DNA of 49,926 nt from Bdellovibrionales bacterium (GTDB lineage Bacteria; Bdellovibrionota; Bdellovibrionia; Bdellovibrionales; UBA1609): positions 1 through 49,926 of the forward strand of contig JANODG010000248.1 in NCBI GenBank assembly GCA_031412575.1, written 5' to 3'. A program made the translations under genes and the position numbers. Shown piece by piece: positions 36,286-46,725 of this stretch (the first letter of the stretch is position 1; every line of letters begins with the position of its first letter). The notes beneath the pieces are model-generated. The model was not told the origin of the DNA, searched no databases, and saw nothing but the letters and a program-made list of their open reading frames with translations.

Positions 36286-39090
36286 ATGGCGAAGTCAGTT
36301 CAGGGTAAAACGTTAGTGATTGTTGAGTCGCCTACTAAAGCCAAAACAATAAGAAAGTTTTTACCGAAAGAGTATGTTGTTGAATCTTGCATGGGCCACA
36401 TCAGAGATTTGCCTCAATCCGCAAAAGACATTCCAGACAAGTATAAAAAAGAAGCTTGGTCTCGATTGGGCGTCAATGTCGATAGTAAATTTGACCCCAT
36501 CTACTGCGTTCCAAAAAATAAAACAAAAATTGTGACTCAATTAAAAAATTTAGTAAAAGATGCAGATGAACTGATTCTAGCGACCGACGAAGACAGGGAA
36601 GGGGAAAGTATCAGTTGGCATTTGCTTGAGGTTTTAAAACCTAATAAAAGCATGCCCGTTAAACGAATGGTTTTTCATGAAATCACAAAAGAAGCGATTT
36701 TAAAAAGTTTAAAAGAAGTCAGGGACATCGATTATAATATGGTTCGTGCTCAAGAGGCGCGTCGTATTTTAGATCGCTTAGTTGGTTACACAATTTCTCC
36801 TGTGCTTTGGAAAAAGGTCGCCTTCGGTCTATCTGCAGGGCGCGTGCAATCCGTGGCTGTAAGACTTATTGCTGAACGAGAACACGAACGAATTCGTTTT
36901 GTTAAATCAAAATATGGAAGTTTAAATGGGGACGCTGTTAAAGGGACAACTAAAGACGGCGAGATGTTTCCGGTTCGACTTAATTCTCATAAGGGAAAGA
37001 AATTAGCCATAGGTAAAGATTTTGATGAACTTAATGGAGAATTAAAATTAGATCGTAAAGATAAAGTTATTATTTTAGATGAATCAAAAGCCGAAGCGAT
37101 TAAATCACAACTGAAAAATCAAAAATTAAAAGTCATAGAAGTTGACGAGCGCCCAGTTAGTCGAAAGCCTGCTCCGCCTTTTATCACTTCGACTTTACAG
37201 CAGGAAGGAAACAGAAAGCTGGGTTTAGGTTCTAGAGAAACCATGCAAGTCGCACAAAAGCTTTACGAGCAAGGTTTGATCACCTACATGAGAACTGACT
37301 CTACGTTTTTATCTCAGCAAGCGATTGAAGCTTCTAGGCGTGAAATCAAAAATCTTTATGGTGCTAAATTTTTACCGGACGCACCAAGAGACTACACCAG
37401 TAAAAAATCCAAAGGCGCACAAGAAGCCCATGAAGCTATTCGACCTGCTGGTACAGATTTTATTAAGCCTGACGATTCGGGATTAAGTGGTGTTCAGCTA
37501 AAAGTTTATGAACTGATTTGGAAAAGAACGATAGCTTCACAAATGGTGAATGCGGAGCAAAAACAAGTCAGTGTAAAATTGGAAGCCTTAGACACCGAGT
37601 GGAACGCATCGGGAATGACAATCACTTTTGCTGGTTTCTTAAAAGCCTACGTCGAAGGTATGGATGATCCCGATGGTGAACTTTCAGAACGTGAAACCCA
37701 TTTGCCGGACTTAAAAGTGAGCGATTTGATTGATGTTAACGAATATAAATATAATCAACACGAAACAAAACCACCGGCGAGATACACAGAAGCTAGTCTT
37801 GTTCAGAAGTTAGAAAAAGAAGGTGTAGGTCGTCCATCAACTTACGCTTCGATTATTGGAACCATTCAAGACCGTGGTTATGTGAAGAAGAATGCGAATC
37901 AGTTGCAACCTACATTCACAGCTTTAATTGTTAGCCAATTATTAAAGAAATTCTTTCCGGATTATGTAGATTTAAATTTCACATCTTCAATGGAAAATTC
38001 CTTAGATGAAATTGCAGCAGGCGACAAAGACTGGATCGATTATTTAAGTGAAGTTTATCTTGGCAAAGCAGGATTAAGACACCTTGTTGAAACTAAAGAA
38101 AGCACTATTAATCCCGAAGAATCTAGGTCCATCACGCTTAAAGGTCTTGAAGATTATAGCTTTAGAGTTGGTAGATACGGTGCATATGTATGTCGAACAG
38201 AAAAAGATGGCACTGAAGTTTGCGCCTCTTTACCAGAAGAAAGTGCCCCGGCGGATGTATCTGGGGAAACTGCGGATAAATTGATTGATATGAAAATTAA
38301 TGGGGCTGATTCATTAGGTATAGAACCTAAAACTAATTTGCCGGTTTATATTTTAAATGGCAGATATGGCCCTTATGTTCAATTGGGTGATTCTACTGAT
38401 GATGCTGAAAAGCCAAAACGCATTTCTATTCCGCCGCAAATGGATCACGAAAAAGTTGATTTTCCAACGGCCTTAAAGTTACTTTCTTTACCTCTAGAGT
38501 TAGGTAAAAATCCAGACACCGACAAAGAAATCAAAGCCGGTATTGGTCGGTTTGGCCCTTATATTGTTCACGACGGAGATTTTAGATCTATTCCCAAGGA
38601 ATTCGATATTTTTAGCATCGATTTAAAAACAGCTTTAGAAATATTATCTAAACCGAAGAAGGGACGAGGTAAAGCTAGTGCCTTGAAATCTTTAGGGAAT
38701 CACCCAACTTCCAAAGAAATCATCGAAGTCTATAATGGTAAATATGGACCTTATATTAAATGTGGTAAGGTCAACGTTTCTTTGCCAGAAGATATTGGTG
38801 TTGAAGTGATTACGCTAGATAAAGCCATTGAGTTATTAAACGCTAAAGCGGATTTCGCGGAAGCTGAGGCCGATACAAAAGCAACGTCCAAAAAAGTAAC
38901 GAAAAAGGTCATCAAATCAGCGACAAAAAAAGCGTCCAAAAAAAGTACTGGCACGAAGTCCATCATTAAAGTTAAAAAAGACGCTGTCGCCAAGATTAGC
39001 CCAAAGGCTAGCAAAAAAATCGACACTAAAACTTTGAGCCAACAAAAAAATCAAGAAAGTAAAAAAGTAATTTTAAGGAAACAAAAATAA
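36286..39090 (+). CDS. topA: type IA DNA topoisomerase I
   Basis: IVESPTKA, ATDEDREGE, SAGRVQS, ITYMRTDS, AHEAIRP; four G(R/K)(Y/F)G.Y C-terminal repeats; Lys-rich tail. Confidence 0.98.
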   Translation: MAKSVQGKTLVIVESPTKAKTIRKFLPKEYVVESCMGHIRDLPQSAKDIPDKYKKEAWSRLGVNVDSKFDPIYCVPKNKTKIVTQLKNLVKDADELILATDEDREGESISWHLLEVLKPNKSMPVKRMVFHEITKEAILKSLKEVRDIDYNMVRAQEARRILDRLVGYTISPVLWKKVAFGLSAGRVQSVAVRLIAEREHERIRFVKSKYGSLNGDAVKGTTKDGEMFPVRLNSHKGKKLAIGKDFDELNGELKLDRKDKVIILDESKAEAIKSQLKNQKLKVIEVDERPVSRKPAPPFITSTLQQEGNRKLGLGSRETMQVAQKLYEQGLITYMRTDSTFLSQQAIEASRREIKNLYGAKFLPDAPRDYTSKKSKGAQEAHEAIRPAGTDFIKPDDSGLSGVQLKVYELIWKRTIASQMVNAEQKQVSVKLEALDTEWNASGMTITFAGFLKAYVEGMDDPDGELSERETHLPDLKVSDLIDVNEYKYNQHETKPPARYTEASLVQKLEKEGVGRPSTYASIIGTIQDRGYVKKNANQLQPTFTALIVSQLLKKFFPDYVDLNFTSSMENSLDEIAAGDKDWIDYLSEVYLGKAGLRHLVETKESTINPEESRSITLKGLEDYSFRVGRYGAYVCRTEKDGTEVCASLPEESAPADVSGETADKLIDMKINGADSLGIEPKTNLPVYILNGRYGPYVQLGDSTDDAEKPKRISIPPQMDHEKVDFPTALKLLSLPLELGKNPDTDKEIKAGIGRFGPYIVHDGDFRSIPKEFDIFSIDLKTALEILSKPKKGRGKASALKSLGNHPTSKEIIEVYNGKYGPYIKCGKVNVSLPEDIGVEVITLDKAIELLNAKADFAEAEADTKATSKKVTKKVIKSATKKASKKSTGTKSIIKVKKDAVAKISPKASKKIDTKTLSQQKNQESKKVILRKQK

Positions 39091-39280
39091 TTATTACAAA
39101 GCTTTTTGTTTTGTGTGTGAAATCAATAAGATATAAAAATGTGACTAAGTTTATGGTCTAAAGACTATAAGCTTAATGTTCTGTATCTATATATTTTCGA
39201 TTAGGTTTATAATTATTTTTTGAGTGATGATCAGCATCTGCCGAGTTATAATAAATATTCATCTTTAAGGAGTTAAATTC

Positions 39281-41311
39281 ATGAAGTTATTAGCGTCGTT
39301 GTTTATTTTAATGGTTTCGTATAATGCCAGTGCCCAGGTTGCTTTATCATGTAAACACGTTCCATTAATTCAAAAAGGTTTTTTAGACCAACATATTAAT
39401 TACAAGAAATACTCTGATAATTTAGAGCAAAGATTGTTTGATCAGTTCATCAAAAGACTAGATCCATCTAAGCTTTATTTGACGGCAAGTGATGTTACGG
39501 ATGCATCTAAAAAAATGAAGGGCATTTTAAAAAGAACACAACAGACAGATTGCTCTGCAATCATGAAACTTTATACAACCTACCAAACACGAGTTGCAGA
39601 CCGTTTAGCATTCGTTCAAGAATTCTTAGGTCCTAAATATGTTTTTGATAAAAAAGTAAGTTTCAATATTGATGCTGATGCCAGAGAACGATCAAAAACT
39701 GTGGCTGAAATTAATGAATTTCATAAAAAATATCTTCATTTTCAAATTTCTAATTATTTAGCTACAGATATCGCTTTAGATAAAGCTAAAGAAAAAGTTG
39801 TTAAAAACTACGAAAGAGTTTCTAAAAAGATCGCAAGCTTAACGGAAGAAGAAAGACTTTCTGATTACTTAGATTCGTTTGCCAGAGCTTTAGACCCACA
39901 CTCAAGTTATTTTTCTAGAGACGCTTTAGAAAATTTCAAAATCCAAATGAAGCTTTCTTTAGAGGGTATCGGTGCAACCTTAAGATGGGAAGACGGCTTT
40001 ACAGTTGTTGAAAGTTTAGTTGAAGGCGGATCTGCGGCAGTCAGCGGACAAATCCAACCTAAAGATAAAATCATTGCAGTTAGCCAAGGTGACGGAAAGC
40101 CAATGGAAGACGTGATTGATATGGATTTGGGTGACGTTGTTAAAAAAATCAGAGGTAAAAAAGGAACTCCAGTTCATCTTACAATTTTAAGAAAGAAAGG
40201 TGACGAAACTCAAAGAGTCGTTGCTAAATTAAAAAGAGATAAAATTAACTTAGAAGATGAGGCTGCTGCTATCAGTTATCATAAAAGAAAAATTGGTAAC
40301 TCTGAAAAGTTAATCGGTTTAGTGAACCTGCCATCATTTTATTCTGATGGTGTTAGAGGTGGAAGATCTTCAGCTACAGATTTAGAAAAAATTCTTAAAG
40401 AAGCCCAAGCTAAAAAAGTTGACGGAGTTGTTTTAGATTTATCATCTAATGGTGGTGGAAGTCTTGATGATGCTGTTCGAATTTCTGGATTGTTTTATAA
40501 AACTGGAAACGTTGTTAAACAATCAACAAGCAATCCAGATCAGCCAGCAATGGTGCTTGCGGATGTAAATCCTGAAGTTAATTATTCTGGTCCTCTTGTG
40601 ATCTTAACAAGTCGTGTAAGTGCTTCTGCCTCTGAAATCGTTGCAGGTACGATGCAAGATTACAAGCGTGCTGTGATTGTTGGTGCGGACCATACTTTCG
40701 GTAAAGGAACTGTCCAGTCGGTTGTTACATTACCTAGTGTAGGTGCTTTAAAAGTAACCGTAGGTATGTTTTTTGTTCCTGGTGGTTATTCGACACAACA
40801 CCGTGGTGTGATTTCAGACATTAATTTCCCAAGCTCGTTAGAGACTGACGAAATAGGTGAAAAAACTTACGACTATTCATTGCCTCCAAAAAAATTAGAA
40901 TCCTTTGTTTCATCTTCAGCTTTTGTGACTGATGGCGGTGATAAATGGCGCATTTTGGATAAAAAAATTATTGATGAGCTAAAAGGATCTTCAGATAAAA
41001 GAGTTGCAGCAAATGCGGACTTTAAAAAGATTAAAGAAGAGCTAATCAAGGCTGAAAAGCGTGGAAAAATCATCGATTTAGCCGAAGTTATGAAAGAAAA
41101 AGAGGCTAATAAAAAAGAAGATGAAGAGAACGAATCGCCTTTATCTAAAAAGCAAAAACAGGACAAATATGTTAAGCGTCCTGAAGTGCAAGAAGCCATC
41201 AACGTGGTGACTGATTTAATTGCTTTACAGAGTGATATTCCCTTATCACAAGTGAAAGTGCCAACGCCTCAAGCTTCAGTTACGAAGGAAAAATCTCCTA
41301 GTAATATGTAA
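39281..41311 (+). CDS. carboxy-terminal processing protease (S41A, Prc/Tsp-like)
   Basis: Signal peptide, DPHSSY, PDZ GIGA, NGGGSL, SASASEI, TFGKGTVQ. Confidence 0.95.
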   Translation: MKLLASLFILMVSYNASAQVALSCKHVPLIQKGFLDQHINYKKYSDNLEQRLFDQFIKRLDPSKLYLTASDVTDASKKMKGILKRTQQTDCSAIMKLYTTYQTRVADRLAFVQEFLGPKYVFDKKVSFNIDADARERSKTVAEINEFHKKYLHFQISNYLATDIALDKAKEKVVKNYERVSKKIASLTEEERLSDYLDSFARALDPHSSYFSRDALENFKIQMKLSLEGIGATLRWEDGFTVVESLVEGGSAAVSGQIQPKDKIIAVSQGDGKPMEDVIDMDLGDVVKKIRGKKGTPVHLTILRKKGDETQRVVAKLKRDKINLEDEAAAISYHKRKIGNSEKLIGLVNLPSFYSDGVRGGRSSATDLEKILKEAQAKKVDGVVLDLSSNGGGSLDDAVRISGLFYKTGNVVKQSTSNPDQPAMVLADVNPEVNYSGPLVILTSRVSASASEIVAGTMQDYKRAVIVGADHTFGKGTVQSVVTLPSVGALKVTVGMFFVPGGYSTQHRGVISDINFPSSLETDEIGEKTYDYSLPPKKLESFVSSSAFVTDGGDKWRILDKKIIDELKGSSDKRVAANADFKKIKEELIKAEKRGKIIDLAEVMKEKEANKKEDEENESPLSKKQKQDKYVKRPEVQEAINVVTDLIALQSDIPLSQVKVPTPQASVTKEKSPSNM

Positions 41312-41450
41312 TCAATTAAAGCGCTTCAAACCTTAGTGTTTGACGCGACTTTAAATGCCATTTAGACCTCATTAAGCTAATGTTTCAATAAATCGTCTGT
41401 AAGCGCTTTTTACTAAGTGTCGACAGACTTTTATTTTTAAAGAGGTACAT

Positions 41451-42560
41451 ATGGGTCAACAAAATACAGTGACTTCAAAAAAATCAAATCGTCAGAAGAA
41501 TCATCAGACAAGCGGTCAAGCCGTCAGCAAAATGGCGAGCAAATCAGTTTCAAACACTAAAGATCAATTCGGTGGACTAAGCGAAGACTTAGTAAAAAAC
41601 ATGTATTCACTGATGCTTAAATCTAGAGTCTTAGAAGAACGACTTATTAAAATTTATAAAGCCGGCGAAGCCTTTTTTTGGATCGGAGCCCCGGGTGAAG
41701 AAGCTTATGGAGTGCCACTGGGTTTACTTGTGAATAAAGGCCACGGCGTCAAACATGATTATTTACATTTACATTACCGAGCAACACCAACTGTAGTTGC
41801 TATGGGAATGCCAATGATCGATTCCATTCGATTGATCATGAACAAAGTGACTGATCCCCATACCGGCGGACGTAACTTTAGCAATCACTACTGTATCCCT
41901 AAATGGAATGTAACCCCAATCACTTCGCCTATTGAAGTGCAGTATGGCTTTGCGGTTGGGACTGCTTTAGCACAAACAAAAAATCCTAAATCAGGAATTT
42001 CTATTGTGACTGGCGGAGATGCCGGAACTGCAGAAAGTGATTTCGCAAGTTGTCTCATTTGGTCAAGCCGTCCTGACAGGCCACTTCCTATTTTGATCAC
42101 TGTTCAAAACAACAGATGGGGAATTTCAACAGCCTATGAAGGTCAGCATGGAGAAAAAAACATTGTGGATCGTGGTAAGGCCTTTGGAATGCGAACTCGA
42201 ATGATTAACGGCAATGATCCCATAGAAACCTATTTAGCCTTAAAAGAAGAAATGGAATACATTAGGAGTGAACGTAAACCTGTATTGCTAGAGGCTAAAG
42301 TTTCAAGACTTTTTGGTCACTCGTCAGCATCAGGTGCAAGCCTAAACGAAAATGAAATTGACTGCTTAAAAGATTTTGAAGCGAAGCTTCTTTCATCAGG
42401 ATTAATTTCTGAATCCGACGCCAAATCTATGCGCCAAGAGTTCGAAGACGAAGCAAGACAGGCGATGGAACAAGCCAGAACAGAAGAGTTTCCAAAACCA
42501 GAAAGTATTTGGGATCATACATTTCATAACAACGAAAACGCAGATTGGAGGAATTTTTAA
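41451..42560 (+). CDS. TPP-dependent 2-oxoacid dehydrogenase E1 alpha (probably branched-chain)
   Basis: SR.LEER, GEEA, HYR, GDAG...NN TPP-binding motif, RLFGHS. Confidence 0.92.
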   Translation: MGQQNTVTSKKSNRQKNHQTSGQAVSKMASKSVSNTKDQFGGLSEDLVKNMYSLMLKSRVLEERLIKIYKAGEAFFWIGAPGEEAYGVPLGLLVNKGHGVKHDYLHLHYRATPTVVAMGMPMIDSIRLIMNKVTDPHTGGRNFSNHYCIPKWNVTPITSPIEVQYGFAVGTALAQTKNPKSGISIVTGGDAGTAESDFASCLIWSSRPDRPLPILITVQNNRWGISTAYEGQHGEKNIVDRGKAFGMRTRMINGNDPIETYLALKEEMEYIRSERKPVLLEAKVSRLFGHSSASGASLNENEIDCLKDFEAKLLSSGLISESDAKSMRQEFEDEARQAMEQARTEEFPKPESIWDHTFHNNENADWRNF

Positions 42561-43618
42561 TGGCAAATATGGCTCAAGCTATTAGAATGGCGCTTCATTA
42601 TTCAGAAACCAATTTAGGTGTGACTGAAATTTTTGGTCAAGATGTGGGTGCCCCACTGGGTGGTGTGTTTACATGTACCCAGGGTTTAAAAAATTCTTGG
42701 AACACACCATTAGACGAACGTGGTATTGTCAGTGCCGCTATCGGATTGGGTTTGGCGGGACAAAAGTGTGTCGCCGAAATTCAATTTTGTGATTACATTT
42801 TTAATACAATAGATTTACTGAAAATGGCGGGTAACACTTTGTGGACTACAAATGGCCAATACAATTTGCCGATCGTATTAATGACACCAACAGGTGCTGG
42901 GATTCGTGGGTCAGTCTACCATAGTCACAGCTTTGACGCTTGGGCGAGTCGAATCCAAGGTTGGAAAGTGGTTATGCCATCAACTCCGTTGGATGCTTAT
43001 GGTTTGTTGTTGTCTGCAGTAAAGGATCCGAACCCTGTTATGTTTTTAAAGCCTAAGGCTTTACTTCGTGTGCGTGGTGAAGAATTAATTCCCGGTGAAC
43101 CAGAAAACGAAAAAGAATTAAAGCAGCGCATAGATGCTCCACTTGGTGATCGATCAAAATGGAAGCCGCAGTGGCCTGATTTAGAAGAGTTCGAAGTTCC
43201 AATTGGTAAAGCAAAAATAGTTAAAGAAGGGACTGATTTAACCGTTGTCAGTTACGGAAGAACTTTGCCTTTATGTCAAAAAATTGCAGATAAATTAAAA
43301 TCTGAAATGGGCGCAAAACTAGAAGTGATCGACCTAAGATCTATTTATCCTTATGATTGGCAGACCTTACATAAATCCATTAAAAAAACAGGCCGTGTAT
43401 TGTTTGTGAACGAAGACACTGAAGTTACAAACTTTGGAGAGCATTTGGCTTACAGAACAACGCAAGAGTTATTTTATGAATTGATGGCTCGTCCCCGAGT
43501 TTTAGCTGGTAAAAATATTCCTGGCATTGGTTTGTACCCTGGGCTTGAAGAAGCATCGGTACCCTATGAACATGATATCGAAAAAGAAATTAAAGAAATT
43601 TTATTAGAAATTCCATAA
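42560..43618 (+). CDS. 2-oxoacid dehydrogenase E1 beta
   Basis: GQDVG..GGVF..T.GL, NTPLDE, AEIQFCDY, HSHS, PSTP.DA.GLL, VIDLR; GGAGG RBS; start overlaps the alpha stop. Confidence 0.95.
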   Translation: MANMAQAIRMALHYSETNLGVTEIFGQDVGAPLGGVFTCTQGLKNSWNTPLDERGIVSAAIGLGLAGQKCVAEIQFCDYIFNTIDLLKMAGNTLWTTNGQYNLPIVLMTPTGAGIRGSVYHSHSFDAWASRIQGWKVVMPSTPLDAYGLLLSAVKDPNPVMFLKPKALLRVRGEELIPGEPENEKELKQRIDAPLGDRSKWKPQWPDLEEFEVPIGKAKIVKEGTDLTVVSYGRTLPLCQKIADKLKSEMGAKLEVIDLRSIYPYDWQTLHKSIKKTGRVLFVNEDTEVTNFGEHLAYRTTQELFYELMARPRVLAGKNIPGIGLYPGLEEASVPYEHDIEKEIKEILLEIP

Positions 43619-43631
43619 ACAAGGATTTAAG

Positions 43632-44423
43632 ATGAGTGAGTTTGATAAATACAAATTCTATAAAGAAGCAGTTCAATCTCCAGAAAACGATGTGATCTTC
43701 TTCGATCAGCTCTATAAAGAAAATTTTAATTCTGAGGCCAAAATTTTACGAGAAGATTTTTGTGGAACATTTGCCATCTGTTGTGAATGGTCCAAGCTTG
43801 GGTCGGATAAAGTTGCGATTGGTGTGGATTTAGATCAGGAACCGATCGAATATGGTTTCGAAAAAAACTATATCGAGCTTGAAGAACATCAACAGGAACG
43901 AGTAACAATTCTTCAACAAAATGTGTTAAGCCCAGAGCTTCCAAAGGCTGATATTGTTGCTGCTTTAAATTTTTCTTATTATTTATTTAAAGAGCGAGAA
44001 CAGCTTAAAACTTATTTTCAGAATGCTTATAACACTTTAAATCCTAATTCACTTTTTGTAATTGACTGTTTTGGTGGCCCAGCCACTCAAGAAAAAAACG
44101 AAGAAGAGACAGAACACGAAGGATTTAGTTATTTTTGGGATCAAGAATCTTTCAACCCTATGAATCACTTCGCTCAGTTTCACATTCATTTTAAATTAGA
44201 AGGCCAAGCCAAGCTTGAAAAAGTTTTTAGTTATGACTGGAGAATGTGGACATTACCAGAGCTTCAAGAACTTATGGTAGAAGTTGGTTTCAAAGACGTT
44301 CACGTTCTTTGGGAAGCCAATGGACCTGACGGCGAAGGTAATGGAGAGTTTTACAGAGCAGACACTGGTGAAGATTGTGAAGCTTGGGTTGCCTATGTTG
44401 TTGGAAAAAAACTAAAGCCGTAG
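43632..44423 (+). CDS. class I SAM-dependent methyltransferase
   Basis: LREDFCGT motif I variant, GVDLD, ALNFSY, YDWRMW. Confidence 0.85.
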   Translation: MSEFDKYKFYKEAVQSPENDVIFFDQLYKENFNSEAKILREDFCGTFAICCEWSKLGSDKVAIGVDLDQEPIEYGFEKNYIELEEHQQERVTILQQNVLSPELPKADIVAALNFSYYLFKEREQLKTYFQNAYNTLNPNSLFVIDCFGGPATQEKNEEETEHEGFSYFWDQESFNPMNHFAQFHIHFKLEGQAKLEKVFSYDWRMWTLPELQELMVEVGFKDVHVLWEANGPDGEGNGEFYRADTGEDCEAWVAYVVGKKLKP

Positions 44424-44640
44424 ATCCTCTTTTTCTAACAGTCCTTTAGGATTCTAAGTTTTCAGATCTTTATAGACTCATTTTGAGACAAAAAAATAAT
44501 TTTCTGTTTTGATGTTCTAGCAATAGGTACAGATTTCAATAGTTTAACAGACTTAAATAACATTGAAGTGACTGCCGGTGTAATTCCTATGAAACTAATT
44601 TTAGGTAAATTTGTTTTATAAGTATGGCTAGGAGGTCATC

Positions 44641-44973
44641 ATGTTAAAAGTTTCAATCATTTCTTTAATCCTTATTTTTAGCTTCGTCGCAAATGCAGGA
44701 TACGAAAGAAGACAAAAAATTCAAAATCAAAGAATCGAAAAAAATATAAGTTCTGGAAATCTTAACGAAGCTGAGGCGGCTAGATTGCAAAAAGGCCAAG
44801 CTAAAGTCGAAGAAAAAGCTCAAAATTTCGAAGCTAATAAAGAAGAAGCTAAATCCGACGGAGTTGTTACTCGAGACGAAAAAAAGCAACTTGTAAGACA
44901 AAGAACTAGTGTAAAACGAACACAAAATCGTCAATCCGAAAGAGTAAAACATAACAGTGACGACAATAAGTAA
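44641..44973 (+). CDS. small secreted charged helical protein
   Basis: Signal peptide ending ANA; SGNL...EAARL and AKSDG.VT..E motifs; AGGAGG RBS. Confidence 0.8.
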   Translation: MLKVSIISLILIFSFVANAGYERRQKIQNQRIEKNISSGNLNEAEAARLQKGQAKVEEKAQNFEANKEEAKSDGVVTRDEKKQLVRQRTSVKRTQNRQSERVKHNSDDNK

Positions 44974-45103
44974 TTTCAGATTTTTCAAACACAGCATAAG
45001 GCCCAGTCTAGAAAATGGGTCTAGTTTCGCAACTAATTCCCATAATGCGCCGATATATTTATATAACATTTTGTACAAATGATTTTATTTTTGTATTTAA
45101 GTC

Positions 45104-46474
45104 ATGGGAATTATGAAACAAATTAAGTTTATAATTTTACATATATTTAAGCCAAGTCTTTGGACTCGAAGATTTGGCTTTTTTATATTCATGACTTTTT
45201 TAAGTTTAAATTTTGCGAAAGCAAATTCTGTCCACTTAGGCTTAAGAATTCATTATCAAACGGGTATGTCACACGTAGAAAAGAAGGATATGCCTGTTAT
45301 CGAAATGTTAAGACGTGTCAGTGATATTGTTCCTAAATCTAAATTCCTAATTGCAGGTCACACAGATATTGTTGGCTCTTACGAAATGAACGTGGAACTT
45401 TCAAGAAGCCGAGCGGATATCATTAAATTATTGATGTTACGTTACGGAGTTGATGCTTCGAGAGTGGAAACAAAATGGTTCAGTTATGATGCTCCGATTG
45501 ACTCTAATGAAACTGATGATGGTCGATCAAAAAATAGAAGAACTGTGGCTACAGTATATGGCTTGTCATCAATAGAAGCTGAAGCTTTGGTTAAGGCTGC
45601 CAATAAATCTAAAAGATTTTATGTTATAGGTGTTGAAAACGAAAAAGTGACTGATTACGTGCAAGAGGTTTTAGAACCCCAGATTGAAACTTCAACTGCT
45701 GTGACTACCGAGATAATGGAAGAACAGACATTAGTAGATGTTGAAACAAAAGCTGAAGAGACCGCCGTTGCAGAACCGGTAGTTTTACCTAAGAAAAAAG
45801 TCAAAAAGCCACCGTCTGAAAAACATAGGTATTCTTTCGGATGGACCGTTACTGATAACGAATTAACAGCCAATAACAATCAAGGTTTATATAAAGCAAT
45901 TTGGGTTACAGATTTTAATCATTCGTTTTCGTTCGCGTATCAATATAAAATCAAACCTAAGTGGTGGCTGGGGGCGAGCGGTGCATATAGTCTACACGAG
46001 TATCGTTTGGTTGATAACGTACTTTTCAATTGGGATAACATAACTCCTGACCTTTTAAAAGTGTCCGTAAATTTAGACTACGAACTAAACTCTAAGTTAG
46101 CCTTTGGTTTTGACGTAAATTATTCGGAAGAGAATTTCATCGCATCTGATGGTGGTTTAAATATTTTCTTAAGAAAAGTTGGAATGATTGGAATTTCTGG
46201 ACGGGGAACTTACAGATTTTACGATTCTAAAAATATAAGCTCTCGATTAAACGCAATGCTTGAATTACCTTTTGTAGGTAGTGATGAAATTAGTCCTAAA
46301 GGTCGTTTTGGTGTACTAGCGGGCGCGGACTTATCTTTTAAGCGACTATTGAAGAGCCAAGAAATAAACTTAGGTGTATATTTAGGAATTAGAGGATTTG
46401 AAAATGATGAAAATAGTCAGGATGAAGCTGTAGCAGGCTTTGTCATTAAATTCCGTAACAAGCGTTGGCCTTAG
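45104..46474 (+). CDS. OmpA-C peptidoglycan-binding domain fused to a C-terminal putative beta-barrel
   Basis: IAGHTD.VGS.E.N..LS..RA and N.T..GRSKNRR; acidic/Pro-Lys linker; about 215-aa alternating aromatic beta-strand region. Confidence 0.85.
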   Translation: MGIMKQIKFIILHIFKPSLWTRRFGFFIFMTFLSLNFAKANSVHLGLRIHYQTGMSHVEKKDMPVIEMLRRVSDIVPKSKFLIAGHTDIVGSYEMNVELSRSRADIIKLLMLRYGVDASRVETKWFSYDAPIDSNETDDGRSKNRRTVATVYGLSSIEAEALVKAANKSKRFYVIGVENEKVTDYVQEVLEPQIETSTAVTTEIMEEQTLVDVETKAEETAVAEPVVLPKKKVKKPPSEKHRYSFGWTVTDNELTANNNQGLYKAIWVTDFNHSFSFAYQYKIKPKWWLGASGAYSLHEYRLVDNVLFNWDNITPDLLKVSVNLDYELNSKLAFGFDVNYSEENFIASDGGLNIFLRKVGMIGISGRGTYRFYDSKNISSRLNAMLELPFVGSDEISPKGRFGVLAGADLSFKRLLKSQEINLGVYLGIRGFENDENSQDEAVAGFVIKFRNKRWP

Positions 46475-46725
46475 TCAAAAAATTTATAAATAAATTTTAA
46501 TGTGTCTCATATTGATCCTCAAAATATTTATTCTCAAAATAAGAATTTTTTAAAAAACAGTGAAATTGTGATGCTATTTTGTTTCAATTTGATTGAGTAT
46601 TTAAGAAATAATGTCTTTTTCTTATACATTGCATGAACGCCCTCTTTGTAATGGTTTAATGCGAAATCCTTTAATACCGATAACTTACATAGAGAATTTT
46701 ATTTGGACGTTACTGGAGCTTTCTT

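Noticed and set aside
41318-41352. Hairpin after the protease gene as a terminator
   Set aside because: Stem is interrupted and the T tract is short; too weak to call
44665-45078. 137-aa hydrophobic minus-strand ORF
   Set aside because: Antisense to 44641-44973, which has a strong RBS and signal peptide; the hydrophobicity reflects A-rich sense codons
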